Positions 11,968 through 24,171 of a DNA stretch of 64,000 nucleotides are shown in pieces (the first letter of the stretch is position 1; each line of letters opens with the position of its first letter). The notes beneath the pieces were generated by a model. The model did not search any database. It had not been told where the DNA came from and saw only the letters and a program-made list of their open reading frames with translations. This DNA is from Balamuthia mandrillaris (lineage: Eukaryota). The position numbers and the translations under genes are program-made. The stretch is taken from the NCBI GenBank assembly GCA_031835245.2, contig JAVKOQ020000055.1, positions 62,001 to 126,000 on the forward strand, given 5' to 3'.

Positions 11968-13467
11968 ATGACTTATCAATACAAAGCTCCTGCTCACGAT
12001 CCCTCTCTGGACAGCCTTATCCGTGAATGGCTCCCCAAGGAGCCTGCTCCCTCTCCGCCAACCACCCTATCTCCCTCCAAGCAACCAGGGCAGCCACCCA
12101 GAAAAAACCGCAATAACAACAACCTCAGCGACTTTGAAAGGGAGATGAACCTGATAGAGCAAAAGATGGACATGCTCCTCTCCTCCGCATCTGCAGGCCC
12201 TAGCCTGTCTTCTTCCCCTCCTGACTTTGATATGTCCGCACAACTACATTACGGCTCCTCTGCTCCATCTTCGTCTTCAGCAGGAGTAATAAACATGGAG
12301 GAGGAAGTGGACAGGCTGTTAGGTCTCAACCCCAAAACGGCTTCCTCCTCCCCGTCTTCCACTCTTAGCACGGAAAAGGTTCAGAAGGCGGAACCGCAAG
12401 CTGCCAGGATTGCTTTCATAGAAAAAAGCGGACGCAAACATGAATTCACTCCCTTTAGAGGGACTGCCTCATCCTCTGCAGTCTATCCCACTGCAGCTGG
12501 CTCTTCCTCCACCAACGGCGACAAGCATTCACATCATCCACATCATCACCACAAAGGAGGAAGTCTCATTACTCCGCCAGTTGTTTCCAAAGACAACGTT
12601 ACTATGCTACCTAGAGCAGAGTCGGACCTTCCAGCCAAGGCAGCAGCCAGACAAAACCGAAAGATGGCAATAGCGGATGACCGTGGACGAGGAGAAACTG
12701 TTGGAAGAGCAGCAGGTGGATCTTCCCTACAAACACACTCCACAGGAAGAGCGACGACCGAACGTTCAGCTTCCACGGGAACCGCAAGCAACCCCAGAGG
12801 CGGGTCAGTTGTTGGCCACAACACACACGCCGCTTCTTACCAACATCACAACCACCCGATTCATCATATGGCACAATCTATAAGCGATCCGCTGCTGTTG
12901 GAGGCGTTGAGGAAAAGAGAGTTAAACGAAAGGGAGAGAGCAATGACCGTTGAACCTATTCGTCAGCCGCAGGCCCAGTCACAATATTCACCGTCTCAGC
13001 CGAGAGACAGGGACAGAGCGCAAACAGACAGAACCAACGCGAAGCTGACGGCCACAATGGCAATGAGAGAACAGTTCCTTTCAAAGCTTGAACGTCAACA
13101 GACTCTTCCACCCCAACAAACTCCACATTCTTCTAACGATGACAAACATCAACAACGATCGTCAGTTTCTTATTCGACAACCTCTTCCACCTCCTCGAGT
13201 CAAAGATCCTCTATCTCCCCTTCTTCTTCTGCTCATATGACTATCTCTACCTTGTCTTCCCCGGCCTCACCGACAACGGAGCAACAACCACAAACCTCCC
13301 CTCGTTCTCCTACCCTGCCATCCTCTCCTGATTCACCTGCACAATCTTCTCCTTCCAGACCTAAAGAGAAGAAACATAGCACCAGTTCGGCAAGAACAAC
13401 TCTGAAAATGGAGAAAGGAATGCCAAAGGACCCAAAGAGCATGCTTGTTGCAAGCATTGTTTGGGTA

Positions 13468-13519
<52 letters not shown>

Positions 13520-14459
13520 CTCCCTCTGTGTTTTTTGAGGCTGTGTTTTTTCTCATCCACAAACCAATAGAATATGAAAACGAACAAAACATCCATGATG
13601 GAGTACATCAAGCTGGGAGAGAAACACCAACAACAAATGGAGGACGTAACGGACACCGGTGATGAGATGGCAGACGTTCTGCACCAAATCGCCCAACAGG
13701 CCAAAGAACACAACGAGGACATAGGGGAGGGGCTCGATAAAATGGCGGAACTGGAGGGCCAACACCAGGAGCTCTTGAAGTCTTTGGTGGGTGGTTGTGC
13801 TTGGCTCTTGACGGCGATGAACTAACACAAAACAAAAAGGGATCAGCCTATGAGTACAAACTGTTGGACGTAATGCGAGCCGACGTCAACAACTATAACA
13901 AGCAATGCACGGTTCGTTCATTCCTTCCTTCCTCTCCTGCACTCTTGTTTTTTGTCTCATCCTTGCATGGCAGAGTTTTGAGAAGAAGTGGAAGAAAGGC
14001 GTTACAAAGTCCATGCAAAAGATAAAGAAAGCGGAGCAAAAGAGCAAGAAAACCGGAGACACCCAAGAGGCTAAAGTTTACGAGCTTTCTTCTGTACGTA
14101 ACCCACTTCCCTGGCTTTCTTGTCGTCTCTTTCCGTAACGATATGACAAACAGGCGTTGAGGGCTCTCTCGAAACAAGTCAAGTCTCATGACAGCCTTTT
14201 GAACGAGTACCTCGAGAAGGGTGCGCTCCTCGAGCGACACCACTATTACTCCATCGCAGAAACGTGGGCCGCTCTGCTGGAAAAACAATTGGAGGTGCAC
14301 CAAAAAGTGGTCAACAATATCAAGGAGCAGTTGCAGGTGTGGGACACAACGATGAAAGGAAAGAAAGAGGAGCTGTCTCCGTCCATCGCTTTGAAGCTGC
14401 GGGAACCCACCTCCGGTTCCACCTCCTCCCTGACGGAGAATGAAGAAATGGCAGACTAA
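11968..14459 (+). CDS. Low-complexity protein with C-terminal IMD/I-BAR domain, multi-exon
   Basis: Spliced C-terminus (YIKLGEKHQQQM...DIGEGL...ALLERHHY) follows the IRSp53/MIM helical pattern. Confidence 0.7.
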
Positions 14460-14481
14460 TGAAACCATTTCTTTCGATCGT

Positions 14482-17326
14482 TTATTTTTGCGGTTTTGTC
14501 GAACGTTTTACGGTCTTCTTTTTGTTGAGGTTTGGCGAGGTAAAGGAAGGAAAAAAATCGTTGACGAGGTTCCGAAGTTTTGCCACTTGTTCTTCCAACG
14601 TTGACACGGACTTCAGTTTTGGTGTCTGTTGTTCTTGTTGCAGTTGTCCTTCGACTTCTTCTTCTTCTGCTCCTTTTTCTTCGTTGGGCTGTTGGTCTTT
14701 GGCGATAAAAGTGGAGGACGCTGTTGATGCAGTCGAGTTGTAGTTTTTGAAGAATTTGGTGAGATTGGCATAAGGATTGACGGTAAAGGATGAAGACGAA
14801 GGAGTAGAAGGAGGAGTAATCTCGAAAGAAGAGGATGAAGAAGGAGGAGGCGCATAGAAGAATGAATCATCTTCTATCGAAGATGAAGATGAAGATGAAG
14901 ACGAAGCAGAAGAAGAAGTACTCGGGGAATTAACTGACGTAGGAGTAGCAAAAATATATTTAAATGGATCAGGAATATCGTTTGACTTTGTATCAGTAGC
15001 TTGATCGAGCTCTTCTAGGATGAGATTGAGAGAGAGTTCGTGACCAGAGGCTTGTAGGGTGGAGAGCATATCTTCGGAGAGGAGAGATTCAAGGTTAGCT
15101 CGACGCGCGAGCACTTGTTCATGCAGAAGGTTGTTTAGATCAGCTACCCGACGTTGTTCTTCTTGTTGTTGCTCGCGGCTCAGTTTGAGTAAATCTGTTA
15201 ATCGAATAACAGCCAACAACGTTAGCGCTATGAAAGGAAGAAGGATGATAAACAAACCATCAAGCAGTTTAGTAGGCGTATTCGAAGGTTTGCTTTCCGC
15301 TCGTGGAAGTTGACTGTACAGCACAGCAGAGGCAGGGCAGCGATCCTTGAACTCACAGTGTGAGCAAGCGGACCTGGAGGGGTTGGCCCGAAAGACGTCG
15401 GCAGAAAAGAAGCTCTTCACCGATTCCTCCACAATTTGGTCCATCTCACGAAAGGTCTCCTCGGTGGCCATAATCTCAAAGCGGTCTCCCGACTGTATGG
15501 CGTGCCCGCAGCCCATGTAGGGTCTTTTCTGGAAGCGCTTTTCCCACAGCCAGAGGTAGAACTTAAGCTGAAAGGGATCGCTCTTCAGCTTTTGGAAGGC
15601 TCGTTGCGAGGACTTGTACTCCCAGAGCACGGTGTGCGTCTGTGAAGTTGAATTAGGTGAAGATGTTGTTGGTGTTGGCACTGTTGTAGGCTCTGTTGTT
15701 GGTGTTTTTGTATGCAATTTGGAAAAAATCATGCCTAGGAAACCGGTATCCTTTTCTTCTTCGTTATAGCTTTGTACATGCGTCTTTGTCTCGTTTCCTT
15801 TCTCCTTTGCGCTTGCATCGGCAGCAGCTAACGCTGCCGCCAGAGGTGGCGAGAGTGGAGAAAACGCTTCCACTTCTTGTACTGCGTCCACGTGACCAAC
15901 TGCCAATACATTGTAGCCCGTATTGTCGATGCTGAAACGGTGAACAAGCCTCAACTCGGTACTAGAAGAAGGCGCTTTTGGTCTGTTCTGACCAAGCCTT
16001 CTTCTTCGCCTTGTTGTTGTCCGTTCGCGTTCTTCCTCTTCTTTCGCTTTTCTAGTAGGAATTGTTGCCCGTGTTTCTTCTTCTACCTCGTTGATATCTT
16101 CGAATGTTTTTGCCATCGGAGTTGTTGCTGCCAGAGCGGCCTGTTCCTCCTTTGGAACATTTGTGTTAAGAGTATCAACCACTGCCTCCGCCACAGTACT
16201 TCTTATCTCTTGGCTGTAGGTGAAGTGCTTGCCTATCCACTGCTGCGCCTCTCTCTTCTTTCTCTCGGTCTCTTTATGGTCTTCTACCTCAGAGGGTATT
16301 AGCATGTCCTTACTCTTGTTCATCTGCTCGTTCCATGTCTCCTCGAAGAGGGCATTGAGGCGCTGACGGCTGATATCCTTTCCAGTGGCCCTCGCCTTGG
16401 CCAGCTGATCCACCGTGCTGTGCAGAGCATTGCCTCGGATCTGGTCAATAGTTACCTGCGAGGGCAGCTTCACAAAGTAGACATACTTGAGGCAAAACTG
16501 GAAGGGGCACTCGTGATAGCTGCGCAGCCAATCATGGTTGATCTTCACCTCGCTGCGGGTCAGCCCGCCTACAGGCCGCCACAGGGCAAACACCCTCTTC
16601 CGCCCCTCCACCAGCAGCTCGAGCACGTTCTTGACCTTGCGGTAGGCGCTGATCTGCTCCCTCAGCAAGCTCAACAGCCGTGCCTGCTTCTCCCTTAGCC
16701 GTCTGTCCTGATGCCCCCACTTCATGGCGGCCGCCTGTTGTTGCCGTGTTGCACTGTCGGCACCACCGTTCAAGGCAGAGGGGCCGCCCCCTCCCCCAGC
16801 AGCAACAGGTGCCTGCAAGCCAGGCAGGCAGAAGACCAGGGCTTCCTGGCGCTGGCTGACGTCGGGGCCGGTATCGACCTGCCAGGGGTCGTACGCGCTG
16901 GACTTCAGGGCTCTGATGGCCCGCGTCGCGCTCCTCACGTTGTTGCTGTCGGTGGCATCGGAAGCAGAGGAAGAAGGAACAGAAGAGTAGGAGGAGGAGG
17001 GTGTGAGGAGAGGCGTAACAGTGGAAGCGGCGGTGGAGCGTGAAGAGGAGAGGGAAGAAGGCGAAGGGCGGAAGGGGAGAGGAGGCTAGTGTGCAGAGAA
17101 AAGAGTCAACGAAAGAAAGAAAGAAAGAAAGGAGAAGGTGTGAAGGCAAGAAGAGGGATGTGAGCATGTGCGGAAAGAAAGAAGAAAGACGAAAGAATCA
17201 AACCATAAATAAAGGAGAAGAGCGATGCAGTTTGAAGCGTATGGACAAGGAGGAAGAACGGAACAGGTTCGCATCGGTCCGGCGGACGTGCCGCAACAAG
17301 GGGGAAAGCTGCAACTGTGACGACAT
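14482..17326 (-). CDS. PD-(D/E)XK nuclease (AddB/RexB/Cas4-like, 4-Cys Fe-S staple) with presequence-like N-terminus and a C-proximal hydrophobic segment; exons 17326-17204, 17085-14482
   Basis: YHECPFQF, GNALH, GHVDAV, WEYKSS, QLKFY, CSHCEFKDRCP; phase-0 GT-AG intron 17203-17086. Confidence 0.85.
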
Positions 17327-17826
17327 CTCTCTCTTTCTCTTAAGCCTTCGCTCCTCTCTCCTCTTAACGCTCCACTTTTCGCTTCTCTTGTGGTTCAAAC
17401 AACGGAGAGAGAGAGAGAGAGAGAGAGAAAGGGGAGAAGTGTCTTTGTTGTTCCCTTCAGGGAGGAGCTTGTGGTACGCTTTCTTCCTCTTTCTTTCTTC
17501 CTCTTTGGAAATAAAATGATTTTTTATTTGCCATAGGTGGTGAGCATAGGCTCTGCGCAGGTTGTGCTGCTTACGGCATGCGTGGAATGCATGAAATGTT
17601 TTATGAGGGGTAGCATAGATCGTATCAAGAGATTTGATCTGAAACAGAAATTTTGAATCACCAATAAAAAATCAAACAGTATTTTTGTCGACATGAAATT
17701 GTTCCCGCGCGTGAGAGAGAGAGAATTTCTCCTTTACTGCATTATATGAGTAAGTAAGAAGCTACTAATGTTACAAAAAACAAAAAACAAACAAAAAGAG
17801 GAAAGCAACGAAGAAAGGTCATTCGC

Positions 17827-20601
17827 TCACTTGGAAGCTCTTCCTTTCGGCGCAGAAGTCGGCGAAGAAGAAGGCACCGACAACGAGGAAGCAGAACCAG
17901 AGGAGGCAGATGGTTGCTCCAACTCTTTGTCCACGTCTTGCGCGCTGATGCCCAACACTCGGCTCAATTTGCTGGCCGAAGGATCCACTCCCAACAACGC
18001 AAATGCCTTCATGTTCTCGTTCTTCTTTCTCTGCTGCTGCTCCAAAATGAACTGATCGGTGCGTTTGCGAGAGGCCTCCTCCTCCTTCATGGCCTTCGCC
18101 TTCTCTCTCTCCTTGTCCTTCTCCTTGTCCTTGCGAGGGTGAATGGCCGTCCATTCACGAATCTTGTTGGGCAGAATGAGCAGTTTGGTGCCAGCATTCA
18201 CCGAAGAAGCGAAGGAAGAGCAGGTTTCTGGGATGGATAAACTGTTGCAGCCGCTGCGAGTGTTCGTTTTGCTTCGTTTTCTGTCTTTCACCATCATGTC
18301 ATCTCTGGAGATGACGTTCACCGCACAGCCATCGCGGAGCTCGCTGACGGAGGCCAATGATAATCCTCTACCGGAGCGACGTTGGCTGTTGCGAAGCTCC
18401 TCCAACACAGAGTCATCCTGAGCCGAAGAAGATGAGGAGGAAGAGACACGCACGAGACTGTCCAACAAAGGATGACTCAGGAGAAGACTTTGTGATGGTA
18501 AGGGTGATGAGGCTCTGTCTCCTCCTTTTGGTAAATTTTCTCCGAATGAGCCACTTCTTCCTCGTAGCTGTCTTCTTGCCGCCGAAGAAGACCACGTTTG
18601 ATATTTGTTCTCGTCTTCTTCTTGCTCCTCACCTTCTTCGTGACGTTGACCTTTGTTGTTGTTTTCGGCAAAGCTACCTCTGCTGCAAGGTAAAAGCGAG
18701 ATGACATCTCTTTCATTGGGTGGTCGAATGCCAAGATAAGTAGCGGAAGGCGCCTCTACCAACGATGAGAGCTGTTGTTTCGTCTTTCTTTTCTTTTCCT
18801 CCTCTTCTTGTTTTGTATTTTCTGCTTCTTCTTTTGCTGCTAGAGTGGGCTCGCTCCAATCTTGTCGTATAATCATGTCGAAACTACCACAAGAAGAACT
18901 CTTGCGTCTTCTTCTCGGGGTTACTATCATGCTTTTGCTCTGCGCTGGAGTCGTTTCCTCTTGTTTGTCGTTGTTTTTGATGATTTCACTTTTTGAAGAA
19001 GGTTCTTTCTTCTTTCGCAAAGTTGTTACGAGTTTAAGTTCTGGTTTGTTGTTGCTATTGTTATGGGATGAAAAGTTGTTGTTTCGTTTCGTTGAAGCCT
19101 TCCTCTCATCGTCTCTGCTATGTTTTCGTTTTGTGGCCGAAGAGGAAAGAGAAGCTGATGAAGAAGAAGGAGAGGTCGAATCCGAGGAAGGAGAAGAGGT
19201 TGACGACGAAGTAGGATAAGCACAAGAAGCCAAAACGACGCCCAAATCTTTGCCTGAGCTCAGTAGTTCCTGTTGATAGAGATACCGCTCAAAAGAATTC
19301 ATCGAACCCGTTGCAGACGAAGAAGAGCCTTGGTTTTCTCTTTTGTTGAAGACAGCTGAATCCGTTTCGTCGCTTTCTTCTTCGTTTTGTTCTTCCACTC
19401 CTGTCCCATGTTGTTGTTCTGCTGCCTCTATCGCCATTTGTTGATGCCACTCCGCGAGTTGTCTTTGTAACTGTTCCGCTAACACAACCGTGCCTGGTCG
19501 TGACTGCTTGTTTCTTCTTTGCCACATCATCGCCATCTTTTCTCTCTCTTTTTCTTTCTCCTCATCCTTACCTTCTTCTTCGCTGTTGTGAAGTTCTCTT
19601 TCCAACATTTTGATGTACTGCTCTTTGTTGAACAGCAGCTCAGTCTTTCTAGCATTCTCCATCAACGCTTCCATCATTTTGCTCTTGGCCTCTTTCATCT
19701 GTTGTTCCATCACCACCATTCTCCATTTCATCTCTTCCTTTTCTCTTTCTGAAGCAGAAGCAGAAGCGGAGGAAGAGGCGGAAGAAGAAGGAACTAAGCG
19801 TTCTTCCACCACTTTGAGAAAGATCAATAGTTGCTTGGTCATAAGGTCCGTCTGAGCTTTGATCAAACGTTCGACGTCATCAAATCTCCCTGACAAGTCC
19901 AGAGAAGACGAAGAAGAAGAGGAAGAGGAAGCAAACGAAGAAGGCAGCTGAAGAAAGGTTGGAGAAGAAGAAGGCGGCAGTGTTGGTGACGGCAACAGCG
20001 AAGAAGAGGAAGAAGGAGAAGCGGCCAACGACGACGTCGTCGTTGCCGTTGCTTCCGCTGAAGAGGATGGAACAACGATGGTCAACTTATTGCTGTTGAT
20101 CCTTGAGTTTCTCCTGCTTGCATTTTTTTCTTTTTCTTTCTCTTTCTCTTTCGTTTCTGCCTGCTTCTTTCTTTTGTTTTGTTGCTCTTCCAGCGATTGT
20201 TGCTCGTCCACTCGGTCGCAAGTTGAGCCTGTTGTTGCTGTCGCTGTCGTCTGATCGGTTTCAACAGCGACATTCGCTTCATTGCAGCCATTGTTCTTCT
20301 TCTTTTTCTTTTTGGTTGTCAAAGTTGTCGTCGCCGTCGCAAGGGGTTTCTTCTTGTGTGGTTTGGCGTCCTCCCTCTCCTCTCTCTCGTCGAAGCCCCA
20401 TTTGGCGCTGGCCGACAGGGTTTCCTCGCGAAGCTGTTGAAAGTCCCTTTGAAGCGCGGAGAGCCTGTCCTCGGAGCGAGTGACGGCGGAGCGGGTTTCC
20501 GACAGCTGAGCAGAGAGCTGGGACAAGGTGTGGAGCAGCTGTTGTTGAAAAGAAGAGGAGGAGGAGGAGAAGACAACGTCTTTGCCCGCTTCTTCTTCCA
20601 T
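17827..20601 (-). CDS. 924-aa intronless Ser-rich coiled-coil protein, unknown function
   Basis: Long uninterrupted ORF with heptad-like segments; no recognisable domain. Confidence 0.75.
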   Translation of the reverse strand: MEEEAGKDVVFSSSSSSFQQQLLHTLSQLSAQLSETRSAVTRSEDRLSALQRDFQQLREETLSASAKWGFDEREEREDAKPHKKKPLATATTTLTTKKKKKKNNGCNEANVAVETDQTTATATTGSTCDRVDEQQSLEEQQNKRKKQAETKEKEKEKEKNASRRNSRINSNKLTIVVPSSSAEATATTTSSLAASPSSSSSLLPSPTLPPSSSPTFLQLPSSFASSSSSSSSSLDLSGRFDDVERLIKAQTDLMTKQLLIFLKVVEERLVPSSSASSSASASASEREKEEMKWRMVVMEQQMKEAKSKMMEALMENARKTELLFNKEQYIKMLERELHNSEEEGKDEEKEKEREKMAMMWQRRNKQSRPGTVVLAEQLQRQLAEWHQQMAIEAAEQQHGTGVEEQNEEESDETDSAVFNKRENQGSSSSATGSMNSFERYLYQQELLSSGKDLGVVLASCAYPTSSSTSSPSSDSTSPSSSSASLSSSATKRKHSRDDERKASTKRNNNFSSHNNSNNKPELKLVTTLRKKKEPSSKSEIIKNNDKQEETTPAQSKSMIVTPRRRRKSSSCGSFDMIIRQDWSEPTLAAKEEAENTKQEEEEKKRKTKQQLSSLVEAPSATYLGIRPPNERDVISLLPCSRGSFAENNNKGQRHEEGEEQEEDENKYQTWSSSAARRQLRGRSGSFGENLPKGGDRASSPLPSQSLLLSHPLLDSLVRVSSSSSSSAQDDSVLEELRNSQRRSGRGLSLASVSELRDGCAVNVISRDDMMVKDRKRSKTNTRSGCNSLSIPETCSSFASSVNAGTKLLILPNKIREWTAIHPRKDKEKDKEREKAKAMKEEEASRKRTDQFILEQQQRKKNENMKAFALLGVDPSASKLSRVLGISAQDVDKELEQPSASSGSASSLSVPSSSPTSAPKGRASK

Positions 20602-21081
20602 TCCTTTTTTTGCTATATTATTATGGCTCTTCTTTGCCGGTCGTCAAATTTGTTCTTTTTTTCTTCTCTTTTTTTCACTGTTTAAAAAAAAACTGGTTTT
20701 TAAAAACATATACAATGACAGAGGGTTTAAACACGGTCAAAGAGGATGTACCTCCAGAGAAAAATGTTCTGCGTTACGGCAAGACTTTCTTTCTTTTCTT
20801 TTCTTTGTATCGCTCTCCCTCTCACGTCGTCTTATTTTTTCTTTGCATCCACAAAAAAAAAAATTGAGCTCACTGTCGACAAAATATTCCCTTTTATGGC
20901 GTAATTGGCCTTTTTCGGGTATTGCGGGAAATTCAGTTACAGTGAAATTTCATCATTTGTCCAAAATATTTTCGAGGAAAAAGTTTTTCAGAACCGAAAT
21001 TTCAACCCCAACAAGTGAAAACGAAGAAAGTGCTACAAAAAAAAAACTAGATACAATCGATTGCGAGTGAGGTGTGCCGCT

Positions 21082-21120
<39 letters not shown>

Positions 21121-21207
21121 TCTGTTTCTTTCTTTCAAACTTTATGTTTTTTTAAGCGTTTATGAACACCTCTATATTTTTTTTTATCAACAAAAAAAGC
21201 GTAGCGG

Positions 21208-22761
21208 ATGAACGTTGCCGACAAAACCGCGTTTCATCGTTACTCCACTCAGTATTTGGCCGCGCAAAGGCACGAGAATGAAGGCCGCTTCAAGGAGGCG
21301 CTCTTGTGTCACGTCCGCCTCTTGGACTTTCTTCAAGGCCGCGTCCTCGCCCTCCGATCCGCCTCAGCGCAGAGCAACAGCGTGGCCGGCCTGGAGGAGC
21401 AGCAACAGCAGCTCAAAGAACTGAAACGACGCTCTCATGAGAGGATGGTGCAGCTGCTGCGTCGCGTCAGCGACTCCTCCGCCCTCTTCCGAAGGGAGCT
21501 CATCCAGACCAAGAGCTTTGCCAAGGAGGTGGAGCGAGCGGGGGGCGACCCCAACGCGGTACTCCCTGTGGACCAGACCAACTCCCCGCTCTTTACCTGT
21601 CCGGCCGCTCCGCTTTCTTTCTCTTCTCTTCGGTGGCGGCGTTCTTGTTCTTCTTCTTCTTCTTCTTCTTCTTCTTCTTCTTCTTCTTGTTCTTCTTCTT
21701 CTTCTTCTTCTTCTTCTTCTTCTTCCACGGCGTTGGATGGAGGAGGTAAGATGGAAGCATCGTGGCTTTGGCCGATCTTACCAACACCTTTCTCTCTTTC
21801 CTCTTCTTCTTTGACCGAGCAACCTCTACAAAACGGAGTTGGCGCAACACCAATCAACAGCGGTGTTGCTGTTACGCCGTTAACTACCTCTTCGGCTTCT
21901 TCCTCTTCTTCAGCTTCCTCTTCTGTAGATTCAACAAACACAACCGCACAACAACACTCTCGAAATGGTGCCAACAATCCCTCTCGGCGGATCTTTTACG
22001 GTCGGAATCGCTATAACGCTCCTTCCTCATCTTCTTCTGAGTCTTCTACATCTACCTCTAGTCTGTCATCCTCTGCATCTTCTTCTATAGCACCGCTAAC
22101 GACAAAAAGGAGAGGAGCGGAGAATGATGCTACGTTACTGAATTTGGCTTCTTCCTCTGAAGATGAGTCCGATGGCGATCAAGGCAACGACGATGGAGAT
22201 ACGGCGAAGTCTACCTTCGTGACAGCTAAAGACAAAATGGTTCGTTTTTGCTATATTTTCTGTGCGTTTTCTTTCTTCACTGACAAATGAATAAAAATCA
22301 GATACAAGACGAAAAGTTAACAGGGCCTGTACGCAAGAATACACGGTCAAGCGTAAGCATGCAACGCGGCAAACGAAAGTTTGTGCCTCCAATAAAACAA
22401 CCGGAAGAACCAGAATATAAGTCCTCCTCTTCTTCTTCTTCTTCTTCTTCTTCATCTTTATCCCACAAAAAGAAAAAGACAACGAGTGGAGGAGACAACA
22501 AAGAAAAGAAGCAACAACAAAAAGGCATGTACAGCAGAACAACGGACGATGGACAAGAAATAACGAGCGATAATCCATTGTTGGAGGATGAACGGCTGAA
22601 ACACTTGGACCCGCTCATGATTGAACGGATCAGCAGCGAAGTGTTGGATAACAGCCCTTGCGTTCATTGGGATGATATTGGTTAGTTCTCACCCTTTCAT
22701 GCTGTCGCTAAAATCTCCTCTCTATCATCTGTCCTATTATATCAGTTCTCTGTTTCTGTTT

Positions 22762-22799
<38 letters not shown>

Positions 22800-23940
22800 T
22801 TCTCTCTCTCTCTCCCACATGCCTTTCTGACAAGTAACTATCTAATACTTCTTATTTTGTTGTTCTCTTTCTTTTGTAATGTCGAAAAAACACAGCTGGT
22901 TTACACTTTGCAAAGAAATGTGTGAAGGAAGCAGTCATACTGCCATTGCTCCGGCCTGATCTATTTACCGGCATTCGTACCCCTCCCAAAGGCATCCTGT
23001 TATTTGGCCCTCCTGTGCGCATTTCCTTTTCTTATTCCTCTTTTCTTTTTTTCTCTTCATTTTCTTCATTTTTAACGTTTCAAAAAAACAGGGAACAGGC
23101 AAAACAATGATCGGCAAGGCGATAGCCAGCCAATCCGGCGCCAAGTTCTTCAACATCTCGGCCAGCTCCCTCACCAGCAAGTGGATCGGCGAGGGGGAGA
23201 AGACCGTCCGCGCCCTCTTCGCCGTGGCCCGCTGCCTCCTCCCAGCCGTCATCTTCATCGACGAGATCGACTCCATCCTCACCCAACGAAGCGAAGGGGA
23301 CCAGGAGGCCACGCGCCGCCTCAAGACCGAGTTTCTCGTTCAGCTGGATGGCGCCGGGACCGGCGCCAACGACCCCGACGAGCGCCTGTTGGTAGTCGGC
23401 GCCACCAACCGCCCGCAGGAAATCGACGAGGCGGCGCGTCGCCGTTTGGCCAAACGCCTCTACATCCCATTGCCTGACGCCGAGGCGAGGAGGAGCCTGA
23501 TCACGCGGCTGTTGAGCAAGACCTGCCATCAGCTCAGCGCGGAGGAGCTGCAGGAGGTGGTGCGGCGGACAAAAGGCTATTCCGGGGCGGACCTGCAGAG
23601 CCTGTGCCGGGAGGCGGCCATGGGTCCCGTCCGCGCGATAGACGCCGATGCCCTGCTTTCCTGCTCCTTGAGCACGGTGCGGCCGGTCGCCATGCAGGAC
23701 TTTGCGGAGGCGCTGCGGCACGTCAAGCCGAGCGTCTCGGAGAAGGACCTGACGTCGTTGAAGGAGTGGAACGAGCTCTTTGGAAGCTACCCTTTGAAGG
23801 AAGAAGATGAAGGAGAGGGAAACGATGATGGTCGTGCGGACGTTGGTGGTGGTGGTGGTGGTGGTGAGGGCGAACGGGAAGCTTCGTTATCGAACGCACA
23901 ACAAGAAGGTGGAGAAAGCGAGAGATGGAATCTTCGATGA
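21208..23940 (+). CDS. FIGNL1: Fidgetin-like AAA+ ATPase (FIGNL1), multi-exon
   Basis: FVTA and KFVPP motifs (RAD51-binding region), [59 protein letters not shown]. Confidence 0.9.
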
Positions 23941-23997
23941 TTTTCTCTCTTTTTTTAATTTGTCTACATTAAATAAAATATTAGCAATTATCAATAT

Positions 23998-24113
23998 TGT
24001 CGACAAATATTTGTCGACAGAATTGTCCGCAAAAAAGAAAGTTCCGCACAAATTCATCAAGTCGACATTAATATTTTTGTTTTTCTGTTGGTCGGAAGTT
24101 TGATTCTGTCGAC
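23998..24113. promoter_or_regulatory. Cluster of four GTCGAC elements including a 22-bp perfect palindrome upstream of the PARG-like gene
   Basis: GTCGAC at 23999, 24013, 24061, 24108; TGTCGACAAATATTTGTCGACA at 23998-24019. Confidence 0.55.
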
Positions 24114-24171
24114 ATCAGCGAAGGGACAACTGTAACGCAAGAAGAAGAAAACCACAACCAGAGCAACAACA

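Noticed and set aside
14482..16938. Cas4-like nuclease as evidence of a CRISPR system
   Set aside because: No repeat-spacer array or other cas genes; eukaryotic intron-containing context
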